From: Macrostomum hystrix
Taxonomy: Eukaryota; Animalia; Platyhelminthes
Direction of reading: 5' to 3'
Assembly (NCBI GenBank): GCA_950097015.1
Contig: CATNEN010000029.1
Coordinates: 6,820,001-6,884,000, forward strand
DNA: 64,000 nt
Part shown: piece after piece, positions 52,786 to 64,000 of the stretch
Position numbering within the stretch: position 1 is the first letter of the stretch
How the letters are laid out: the number at the start of each line of letters is the position of its first letter
The notes under the pieces: generated by a model
Told to the model about the DNA's origin: nothing
The model's database searches: none
The model's input: only the letters and a program-made list of their open reading frames with translations
Position numbers and translations under genes: made by a program

Positions 52786-54550
52786 AGGTAGGCCCTACCA
52801 TAGTTTTTTTAAGTAGGCCTAGTCTAAAATCCTATATTAATCAAATGAATGTAGGTACATAAACATTCCTGTTGGGCGTTTTCAATATAATATATTTATA
52901 ATATAAATGTATACTATATTTATTCAATCTGTATGTTCATAGCCCCTCAGTTTTTTTCATAATTATTTATACCACTATTTATTCATTTAATTGCACTGAG
53001 TTTTAGTAATACAACAATATATAGGTGCTTATTCACTTGTAGTTTAGCACACTATATATTTATATGCTAGCATTCGTACTGTCTCTAATTAGCAAGACAT
53101 GCATATATATTTTAAGTTAGCATCGGGAAAAGTTTACGTTGGCAATGTATTTCATATGAAGCCTAAATGTTGGGGTTTTTTGAGAGATGAATCATCAGCA
53201 TGACTAATTGTCCACTTGGGGTGGGTTAGGGAATTCCCTGTCACACACCCCAATTAAAATCTTGTCCCACTCCAGTGTATGTACATTTTAACGTCGGTTT
53301 AACGTCGGTAAAAACTGGTCGGTCAAAGTTATATATGCATTTTAATACTTAATACACCTATCACTACATATTTAGCTATATCTTTTGACAATATGTACTG
53401 TTTTAATTCCACCAATCAAATCTGTGAAAATGACTCAAAATGCACCACAATGCCAATGGACTGCAAAAAACTGCAATTGACTGCAACTGACTACAGTGGG
53501 ACTGAGGCAGTAGTTTTTATATTTTCTAATTTGACTTTAAGAGGTGTTGATGTCTGCCATCTGGTTGACATTCTGAAATCTCAAAAGTTATTTTCTAACT
53601 TTGTATCTTTTTATAACTTGGGAGTTAAGACTTTATAAATTATTGTTTTTTGTTAGTAAAATGTAAGACTAGTAAAATAAAACTAACAAAAGAGAACAAA
53701 ATAACAAATTTTGTTACTAAGATGATCAAATTACTCGTGTCTAATAGCCCCCATCTATCAACTTTTAAATTAGTCTGTAGTAAGCTAAAAAGTAAATTAA
53801 AAACTTCACAAAAATGCTATTTGTGTGCAGTTATTTAGTTTTCAAAAGTGTATAATGTTTTTCACTTTTTGTTTTCTTTAAACTAGAAATAATATACATG
53901 TGTAACCTCCAGAATCATAGCAAACTGTGTGACTTAGTTTTGAACCCAAAAATGCAAGGTTACAAATTGCAAACCACAATAGTGACCCAGTTGTTACTAG
54001 TCTACTAGCAACTTAAACTGATTCCATTTAGAAGCCAATGGATTGATGCTTTTACCTCATCTATGACTTAGTTATCCTTCAACTACAACTTAGTTTTTTA
54101 TCATGTCCTTAACTGCAACTTAGTTTTCCCTCAACTGCAACATATTTATAGTTTTCCTCCTTTGTGACTTAGTTAGTTTCTTTGCTTTATTTATGACTTA
54201 CAAATTGTTTCTTTATCCCAAGTTTTATATCATTGCCTTCTCTTTTCTTCTTCTTTTCTTCTCTCTCCTTCTCTTCCCTCTTCTATTTCTCCATTTCCTT
54301 TCTCTTCTTTGTGCTTTCTTCTTTCCCTCTTTGTCCTTTGGTCCTCCATTTTATTTTTTTCGCCTAATGCCTGTTGATTTTTTTGCAACTTCCTTTGCTT
54401 GGCCTTCATTACACCTGGCTAGGTCAACCAGGTGTTGCACATGTATTTAGAAATAGTTTTAAGTTAGTAAAACAGAGCAAGGAAGCATAAAAAGGCAAGC
54501 AAACAAAAAAATAAGCTGTTGTCAGCTTACTTTCTGACTTGCAACAACTA

Positions 54551-56336
54551 CGAGGGGTGTCCAAAAAGTAGTGATACTTTTGCTCGTATAGCCTTACTGC
54601 ATGCTTGAAAATCAGCAAGTTTGGTGTTGTTGGAAAGCGAAAAATATCAGCTTTAATTTTACTAAAAAATCATCCTCATATGTTTTTAAAAAAAGTTATC
54701 ACTGTCTATTTGAGCAAGGGTGGCTCATAGACTTACAAAAATACTGTATGGTTGACTTTGTTGAGTTTTTATCTGCCTCAAAGATTCATGAAGCTTTAGA
54801 GCTTAACAAATCAATAAATGTAAACCAATAAATACTGGGGTAGCATTTTACGAGCATACGAGGGTTGCTTTTTTGTCTGTGGTAAAATTGTGGCTAAGTC
54901 TTCTTTGCACTGCCAGCTTGCTTCTGCCTGCCTGCCTGCTTCTGCACTGCCAGCTCATTTTTCTTTCACAAGTGCTTGCTTTTTCAAGACCAGATTCTGT
55001 TCAACTGACAGTTATGGACGTGCACTCAAAGGAAGGACAGCGACACGCAATTCACACACTATGGAGTATTGGGAAAAGTGGACAGGAGATTTACCATCAT
55101 CTGTGCAGCATTCACGGAGCCGAAGCAGTAAGTCGCATGACGGTGTACAGATGGATCGAGCAATTTGAGTCAGGAAGAACAAATTGGCTGACTTGCCAAG
55201 GCCAGGAAGGCCATCTGCACCAAGCTCAAAGGCTTTGGCTGACCGGATTCTTGATCTGCTGGAAGAAGACTGCAGAATGACAATTCGTGAGATTGCTGAC
55301 AGACTCGACACCCCACGATCAACGGTTCATCTCTGCCTGACCAATATGAACTTCGTTAAGCTGAGCGCCCGCTGGGTCCCAAAGCTCCTCACTGCTGATA
55401 TGCGACTGCAGCGCCAGCAGACATGCCAAGGGAACCTGAATCTGGTAAGTCAACGAGGTGGCTGGAATCAGTTCCGCCAGTTGATTGTTACTGGCGACGA
55501 GACGTGGGTTCCACATTTTGACCCGCCGACAAAGCAAGAGTCTAAAGTGTGGACACTGAAGGGTTCCGACCCACCACTCAAGGCTCGCCGTGAAACTCAC
55601 TGTAAGATAATCATGCTGTCAGTTTTCTTTGACTGTAATGGCCCAATCACCATTGACTTCCTGGAGCCGAATACGATGATCAATGCAGACCGTTATTCGT
55701 CTCTCCTTGCAAGCCTGAAGGCAGACATCCAAAATAAGCGGCGCTCGGGAGTCAAGCCAGTCATCCTGCATCATGACAACGCCCGGCCGCACACTGCCCA
55801 CCAAACAATGGAGGCCATCAAAAAGCTAAAGTTTGACCTTCTGCCTCATCCGCCATATTCGCCAGATCTCGCGCCTGCGGATTTTGCCCTTTTCCCTCAA
55901 TTGAAGCGCCACCTGAGGGGCCGTGTCCATGTCAGCCGTGATCACCTGGAACAGGAAGTCCGCAGAGTACTTTTGCACGTGATTCTGCGACAGATCTACG
56001 CAGATGCGATTGATCGCTTGTTTCGTCGCTGGGAGAAGTGCGTGCAATCGGGGGGTAATTATGTCGAGAAAGCTTCCCTCCCTGATGATGATGAGTCGTA
56101 CTAACTGTCGAAACTTCTTGACCTGTTACACCATGCATAAATTCATTGTAACTCTATGGCTGACTTTGTTGTGTGTTTCTATTCATAACTTTGTTATGGG
56201 TTGTGTTTTTGTTAAATGTTTGCAGTCAAATTAAAGCTGATATTTTTCGCTTTCAAACAACACCAAACTTGCTGATTTTCAAGCATGCAGTAAGGCTATA
56301 CGAGCAAAAGTATCACTACTTTTTGGACACCCGTCG
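54551..56336 (+). mobile_element. Near full-length irritans-type mariner with ~110-bp TIRs
   Basis: TA TSD at 54549-50 and 56337-38. TIR CGAGGGGTGTCCAAAAAGTAGTGATAC... extends about 110 bp with few mismatches. Confidence 0.93.
55014..56104 (+). pseudogene. DD34D mariner transposase with a single 1-nt frameshift near 55183
   Basis: The N-terminal HTH (MDVHSKEGQR..SRMTVYRWIEQFESGRTN) continues in another frame as LADLPRPGRP..ARWVPKLL..VTGDETW..HHDNARPH..YSPDLAPADF, with 34 residues between D2 and D3. Confidence 0.9.
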
Positions 56337-57383
56337 TAGAAACTGACAAGGTAGCTTGGTAGAATAAGCTTTGATCACATTTAACTGTCATGAACTCCAA
56401 AAATCATAAATGAATCATTGGTCAACTGTATGGTAGTTTCCCTTATGAGCAAGGAGCTACACATAGTCTAGGCTTTCAAGAGCAGCCATTCCCATGGCAG
56501 ACTCTACTGCTTAGTTGGTATCACATTGGCTTCTTTTGGTGGTATGCAGTGAGGCAGCTCTATACTTTGATCTGTTTCCCTGACCAGTCTGGTCCATTGG
56601 ATGACTTTTTGCACTTGCCCAACTGGCAGTACATCTGTGTGTGTTTCACATCAACCAAGGCAAAATATAAAATCCAAGCTTCTGTTGCCACCTGTACATC
56701 TTTCTACCTACATTGTAGGGCTGTAATTCCATTTCAAGGCAATCAATGCCCAATGAGAGTCTATTAAAAATAGTGCAACAATGAAGAGAAGATGTACATA
56801 GATAAAAATAGGCTAGTTTCCAGCAGTATGTCATTGATTTTAATGACATACTTCAAGTCAAAATTAGGTAAAACATCATATATTGATGGTATCAAGGTTT
56901 TTTTTTAAAGTTATGCAACCGGCAGATTATACCACTCTTGCAGTTTTTGTGCTGGCATGACTTACACAATCACACTGCAGCCCTTCTTGTCTAGGACAAA
57001 TCAGATTTTGTATTAATGACTTACCTGTGCCATAAGTAAATGTTTATGTTTATTATCTGTAAACAAATAATTGATAAATATTTAATTGACTTCCTTAAAC
57101 CTATGCACTGTATTGTAATAAGCTTGCTACACGTGGTTATAATTAGTGTTAGTTTATTAATGACATTGTTCACAACCCAGAATCATCATACTATTAATTA
57201 TATCCACTTCATTGATTAGAGCTTGGGCCGAGAAGTTCTTAAGTTTCTGTGGTTTAAAGTAATACATCTTACTGTTTTAGGCGCAATGCTGTTTTTCTAC
57301 AAAAAAAGCCATGTGACATAAAATGATTCTGAACAAAAAGCTGCTGTCTCGTAATTTTCTTACAGGGCATCAGCACAAAAATC

Positions 57384-60300
57384 ATGAAGCACTTGACGCC
57401 TATGCTCTTACTGATCAGCCTGAGCTTGCTGAATTCAAACTGCCGCGGCTTGCAGTGCTATAAGAAGGTGTCAGATGCTGATAGTGTTTCAGTAGAGACC
57501 TGCCCACCTGGTGTGCTCAGCTGCATTCTGCATTTTCGCATCAATCTATCGACTGGCGAGCGCCTATCCGGCATGTCCAGCTGTTGGAATACGCCGGATA
57601 TTTGCGGCGAAAATCACTGCCTGTATAAGCCGCACACTCGCTTCGAAGATCACGGCACCTGCTGCTGCCGCACCGATCGGTGCAATGTCATGGACAAAAT
57701 TCTACTTGTCACAACACCGCCGCCGCCATCGCCTACGACAGCTTTGAATCCTAACGGACCGCTCAGGCGGAGTTCGTCTTCTTCTGCTTCATCTGGCCCG
57801 CCGGTTTCCACCAGCATTTGGGCGAATGGCGGCTCAGACCACGCTGTGTCAGTGCTACTGTTCAGCTTGGCCCCAATTCTGGTCATCTGCGTCATTGTTG
57901 TGTTGGCATTTTTCCTCTACACAAGGCACAAAGGGAGGAAAAAAAGTCGTTCTGAATCTATCGGCCTGGCCAGCTGTCCCACTGAACGGCAAACTTTTCC
58001 AGTAATGAGATTCTAAACTGCTACTAATATGCATATAAAACGGGTGTCCTATGATCCCATATTCCTCTAGAACTGGTGTCCCATGATCCCATATTCCTCT
58101 AGAACTGGTGTCCCATGATCCCATATTCCTCTAGAACTGGTGTCCTATGATCCCATATTCCTCTAGAACTGGTGTCCCATGATCCCATATCCTCTAGAAC
58201 TGGTGTCCTATGATCCCATATTCCTCTACAACTGGTGTCCTATGATCCCATATTCCTCTACAACTGGTGTCCTATGATCCCATATTCCTCTAGAACTGGT
58301 GTCCTATGATCCCATATTCCTCTAGAACTGGTGTCCCATGATCCCATATTCCTCTAGAACTGGTGTCCTATGATCCCATATTCCTCTAGAACTGGTGTCC
58401 CATGATCCCATATCCTCTAGAACTGGTGTCCTATGATCCCATATTCCTCTACAACTGGTGTCCTATGATCCCATATTCCTCTACAACTGGTGTCCTATGA
58501 TCCCATATTCCTCTAGAACTGGTGTCCTATGATCCCATATTCCTCTAGAACTGGTGTCCCATGATCCCATATTCCTCTAGAACTGGTGTCCCATGATCCC
58601 ATATTCCTCTAGAACTGGTGTCCTATGATCCCATATTCCTCTACAACTGGTGTCCTATGATCCCATATTCCTCTAGAACTGGTGTCCCATGATCCCATAT
58701 TCCTCTAGAACTGGTGTCCTATGATCCCATATTCCTCTACAACTGGTGTCCTATGATCCCATATTCCTCTAGAACTGGTGTCCCATGATCCCATATTCCT
58801 CTAGAACTGGTGTCCTATGATCCCATATTCCTCTACAACTGGTGTCCTATGATCCCATATTCCTCTACAACTGGTGTCCTATGATCCCATATTCCTCTAG
58901 AACTGGTGTCCTATGATCCCATATTCCTCTACAACTGATGTCCCATGATCCCATATTCCTCTAGAACTGGTGTCCCATGATCCCATATTCCTCTAGAACT
59001 GGTGTCCTATGAACCCATATTCCTCTAGAACTGGTGTCCCATGATCCCATATTCCTCTAGAACTGGTGTCCTATGATCCCATATTCCTCTACAACTGATG
59101 TCCCATGATCCCATATTCCTCTAGAACTGGTGTCCCATGATCCCATATTTCTCTAGAACTGGTGTCCTATGATCCCATGATCCCATATTCCTCTAGAACT
59201 GGTTTCCTTTCTATGCCGACATTGCGCAGGTGGGCCACCTGTCCGGCCACATCAGCCTAAGAGAGAAACTGGCCACAGGTAAATTCGGCTGCGTCTACGT
59301 TGGCGAAGACTTAAATAGCGGCCAACGCGTGGCAGTGAAGGTGTTCAAGCCACAGGAGTGCAGCAGCTGGCTAGTCGAGCAGCAGATCTACAGCCTGCCA
59401 GAGATGGCCCATCCCAATATTCTCTGCTTCATTGGGGCCGATCGTTGCGGTCAGAATGACGACTCGCGACTCTGGTTAGTTACTGAGTACCATCCTCTTG
59501 GCAGCGCTCATGATTACCTGGCCGGCCACACGGTGTCCTGGATTGAACTGCTGGACTTGGCCGAGTCTCTTAGCCGCGGCCTGGCCTTCCTACACGAGGG
59601 CACAGCCGAGAAGCCGGCTATTGCTCATCGGGATATTAAAAGTCGCAACGTGCTGATTCGATCCAATCCAAATCTTAGCTGCTGCATTGCTGATCTGGGC
59701 CTAGCAAAGACTTTCTATCAGGGCGAGGCTATCGGAGATGTGCACCCACAGGTTGGCGCTTCATTTCGTCTGGCTTGGGCTTTGATCGAGGAGGGTAATG
59801 GCTGGCACATGCTGTAGGATCAGGACTCAGGAGGGTAATGTTTGGCACATGCTGTAGGATCAGGACTCAGGAGGGTAATGTTTGGCACATGCTGTAGGAT
59901 CAGGACTCAGGAGGGTAATGTTTGGCACATGCTGTAGGATCAGGACTCAGGAGGGTAATGTTTGGCACATGCTGTAGGATCAGGAGGGTAATGTTTGGCA
60001 CATGCTGTAGGATCAGGAGGGTAATGTTTGGCACATGCTGTAGGATCAGGAGGGTATTGGCTGGCACATGCTGTAGGATCAGGAGGGTAATGTTTGGCAC
60101 ATACTGTAGGATCAGGAGGGTAATGGCTGGCACATGCTGTAGGATCAGGAGGGTAATGCCTGGCACATGCTGTAGGATCAGGAGGGTAATGGCTGGCACA
60201 TGCTGTAGGATCAGGAGGGTAATGGCTGGCACATGCTGTAGGATCAGGACTCAGGAGGGTAATTTTTGGCACATGCTGTAGGATCAGGACTCAGGAGGGT

Positions 60301-63300
60301 AATGTTTGGCACATGCTGTAGGATCAGGACTCAGGAGGGTAATGTTTGGCACATGCTGTAGGATCAGGAGGGTAATGTTTGGCACATGCTGTAGGATCAG
60401 GAGGGTAATGTTTGGCACATGCTGTAGGATCAGGAGGGTATTGGCTGGCACATGCTGTAGGATCAGGAGGGTAATGTTTGGCACATACTGTAGGATCAGG
60501 AGGGTAATGTTTGGCACATGCTGTAGGATCAGGAGGGTATTGGCTGACACATGATGTAGGATCAGGAGGGCAATGGCTGCCGCATGCTGTAGGATCAGGA
60601 GGGTAATGGCTGCCACATGCTGTAGGATCAGGCGGGTATTGGCTGACACATGCTGTAGGATCAGGAGGATAATGTCTGGCACATGATTTAGGATCAGGAG
60701 GGTATTGGCTGACACATGCTGTAGGATCAGGAGGGTATTGGCTGAAACATGCTGTAGGATCAGGAGGGTATTGGCTGACACATGCTGTAGGATCAGGAGG
60801 GTATTGGCTGACACATGCTGTAGGATCAGGAGGATAATGTCTGGCACATGATTTAGGATCAGGAGGGTATTGGCTGACACATGCTGTAGGATCAGGAGGG
60901 TATTGGCTGACACATGCTGTAGGATCAGGAGGATAATGTCTGGCACATGATTTAGGATCAGGCGGGTATTGGCTGACACATGCTGTAGGATCAGGAGGGT
61001 ATTGGCTGACACATGCTGTAGGATCAGGAGGATAATGTCTGGCACATGATTTAGGATCAGGAGGGTATTGGCTGACACATGCTGTAGGATCAGGAGGGTA
61101 TTGGCTGACACATGCTGTAGGATCAGGAGGATAATGTCTGGCACATGATTTAGGATCAGGCGGGTATTGGCTGACACATGCTGTAGGATCAGGAGGGTAT
61201 TGGCTGACACATGCTGTAGGATCAGGAGGATAATGTCTGGCACATGATTTAGGATCAGGAGGGTATTGGCTGACACATGCTGTAGGATCAGGAGGATAAT
61301 GTCTGGCACATGATTTAGGATCAGGAGGGTATTGGCTGACACATGCTGTAGGATCAGGAGGGTATTGGCTGACACATGCTGTAGGATCAGGAGGGTATTG
61401 GCTGACACATGCTGTAGGATCAGGAGGGTATTGGCTGACACATGCTGTAGGATCAGGAGGATAATGTCTGGCACATGATTTAGGATCAGGAGGGTATTGG
61501 CTGACACATGCTGTAGGATCAGGAGGATAATGTCTGGCACATGATTTAGGATCAGGAGGGTATTGGCTGGCACATGCTGTAGGATCAGGAGGGTAATGGC
61601 TGGCACATGCTGTAGGATCAGGACTCAGGAGGGTAATGTTTGGCACATGCTGTAGGATCAGGACTCAGGAGGGTAATGTTTGGCACATGCTGTAGGATCA
61701 GGACTCAGGAGGGTAATGTTTGGCACATGCTGTAGGATCAGGAGGGTAATGTTTGGCACATGCTGTAGGATCAGGAGGGTATTGGCTGGCACATGCTGTA
61801 GGTTTAGGAGGGTAATGTTTGGCACATATTGTAGGATCAGGAGGGTATTGGCTGACACATGCTGTAGGATCAGGAGGGTAATGGCTGGCACATGCTGTAG
61901 GATCAGGAGGGTAATGGCTGGCACATGATTTAGGATCAGGAGGGTATTGGCTGACACATGCTGTAGGATCAGGAGGATAATGTCTGGCACATGATTTAGG
62001 ATCAGGAGGGTATTGGCTGACACATGCTGTAGGATCAGGAGGGTATTGGCTGACACATGCTGTAGGATCAGGAGGGTATTGGCTGACACATGCTGTAGGA
62101 TCAGGAGGGTATTGGCTGACACATGCTGTAGGATCAGGAGGGTAATGGCTGGCACATGCTGTAGGATCAGGAGGGTAATGGCTGGCACATGCTGTAGGAT
62201 CAGGAGGGTAATGGCTGGCACATGCTGTAGGATCAGGAGGGTAATGGCTGGCACATGCTGTAGGATCAGGAGGGTAATGGCTGGCACATGCTGTAGGATC
62301 AGGAGGGTAATGTTTGGCACATGCTGTAGGATCAGGAGGGTAATGTTTGGCACATGCTGTAGGATCAGGAGGGTAATGTTTGGCACATGCTGTAGGATCA
62401 GGAGGGTAATGGCTGGCACATGCTGTAGGATCAGGAGGGTATTGGCTGGCACATGCTGTAGGATCAGGAGGGTAATGGCTGGCACATGCTGTAGGATCAG
62501 GACTCAGGAGGGTAATGTTTGGCACATGCTGTAGGATCAGGACTCAGGAGGGTAATGTTTGGCACATGCTGTAGGATCAGGACTCAGGAGGGTAATGTTT
62601 GGCACATGCTGTAGGATCAGGAGGGTAATGTTTGGCACATGCTGTAGGATCAGGAGGGTATTGGCTGGCACATGCTGTAGGATCAGGAGGGTAATGTTTG
62701 GCACATACTGTAGGATCAGGAGGGTATTGGCTGACACATGCTGTAGGATCAGGAGGGTAATGGCTGGCACATGCTGTAGGATCAGGAGGGTAATGGCTGG
62801 CACATGCTGTAGGATCAGGAGGGTAATGGCTGGCACATGCTGTAGGATCAGGAGGGTAATGTTTGGCACATGCTGTAGGATCAGGAGGGTAATGTTTGGC
62901 ACATGCTGTAGGATCAGGAGGGTAATGTTTGGCACATGCTGTAGGATCAGGAGGGTAATGGCTGGCACATGCTGTAGGATCAGGAGGGTATTGGCTGACA
63001 CATGATGTAGGATCAGGAGGGCAATGGCTGCCGCATGCTGTAGGATCAGGAGGGTAATGGCTGCCACATGCTGTAGGATCAGGCGGGTATTGGCTGACAC
63101 ATGCTGTAGGATCAGGAGGATAATGTCTGGCACATGATTTAGGATCAGGAGGGTATTGGCTGACACATGCTGTAGGATCAGGAGGGTATTGGCTGACACA
63201 TGCTGTAGGATCAGGAGGGTATTGGCTGACACATGCTGTAGGATCAGGAGGGTATTGGCTGACACATGCTGTAGGATCAGGAGGATAATGTCTGGCACAT

Positions 63301-64000
63301 GATTTAGGATCAGGAGGGTATTGGCTGACACATGCTGTAGGATCAGGAGGGTATTGGCTGACACATGCTGTAGGATCAGGAGGATAATGTCTGGCACATG
63401 ATTTAGGATCAGGCGGGTATTGGCTGACACATGCTGTAGGATCAGGAGGGTATTGGCTGACACATGCTGTAGGATCAGGAGGATAATGTCTGGCACATGA
63501 TTTAGGATCAGGAGGGTATTGGCTGACACATGCTGTAGGATCAGGAGGATAATGTCTGGCACATGATTTAGGATCAGGAGGGTATTGGCTGACACATGCT
63601 GTAGGATCAGGAGGGTATTGGCTGACACATGCTGTAGGATCAGGAGGGTATTGGCTGACACATGCTGTAGGATCAGGAGGATAATGTCTGGCACATGATT
63701 TAGGATCAGGAGGATTATGGCTGGCGCATGCTCAAGTTCATCTCATTGACACCTTAAATTCCACCAGGTTGGTACCAGGCGCTACATGTCTCCCGAAGTG
63801 CTAGAAGGCGCTATGAGCTTCTACAAGGACAGCTTCCTCAGAGTGGATGTGTACTCACTGGGCCTGGTGCTCTGGGAGATGCTGACACGCTGCACTGACG
63901 CCTACGGCGAAGATGGTGTGCCACCCTATCGGCTGCCGTTCGAAGCTGAGACTGGCTCAGCCAATCCCAGCCTGTTGCAGATGCAGGCGGTTGTGGTCCA
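57384..64000 (+). CDS. ACVR2: Activin/BMP type II receptor Ser/Thr kinase (ACVR2/punt-like), 3' end outside the window
   Basis: Exons 57384-58001, 59230-59751 and 63768 to beyond 64000. Contains a signal peptide, Cys-box CCCRTDRCN, a TM helix and no GS box, then kinase motifs [25 protein letters not shown] and [29 protein letters not shown]. Confidence 0.9.
58040..59205. repeat. 32-bp minisatellite (GATCCCATATTCCTCTAGAACTGGTGTCC(T/C)AT)n filling receptor intron 1
   Basis: About 36 copies. Confidence 0.95.
59795..63715. repeat. 33-bp minisatellite (GCTGTAGGATCAGGAGGGTAATGTTTGGCACAT)n with 40-bp GACTCAG variants and higher-order blocks, filling receptor intron 2
   Basis: About 3.9 kb. Variant blocks recur at about 59810, 60245, 61620 and 62495. 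Confidence 0.97.

Noticed and set aside
59900-63694. Long Cys- or Leu-rich repeat ORFs (PPDPTAC..., TCCRIRRV...)
   Set aside because: Artefacts of the 33-bp triplet-length intronic array.

Overview
Metazoan genomic DNA with GC-rich exons, AT-rich UTRs and spliceosomal introns. The minisatellite-filled introns and gene style suggest a free-living flatworm such as Macrostomum, but that is an inference. I reconstructed nine protein-coding genes from splice sites and protein motifs. On the + strand: a 5'-truncated Rab GTPase, a SAXO/FAM154-like axonemal microtubule-binding protein, and a 3'-truncated activin type II receptor. On the - strand, six co-oriented genes: INTS10, a kazrin/liprin-beta-like SAM protein, an ICT1/MRPL58-like protein, WDR5, AMMECR1 and nanos. 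Roughly 24 kb (over a third of the window, estimated by eye) is about 21 different tandem minisatellites with 14-61 bp units, most of them inside introns or gene spacers. Mobile DNA includes two irritans-type mariners (one a near-perfect 460-bp-arm foldback), two hAT-type non-autonomous elements, an unclassified MITE, tRNA-derived SINEs and an RTE-like LINE fragment. The best leads are: an ICT1 homologue lacking the catalytic GGQ loop and basic tail; intronic arrays whose units copy splice signals, including about 140 tandem AG/GTGAG ratchet-like sites; the foldback mariner; a MITE that carries a minisatellite and sits inside a SINE; and a possibly trans-spliced, operon-like run of minus-strand genes. 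Nearly all long repeat-derived ORFs in the supplied track are artefacts.
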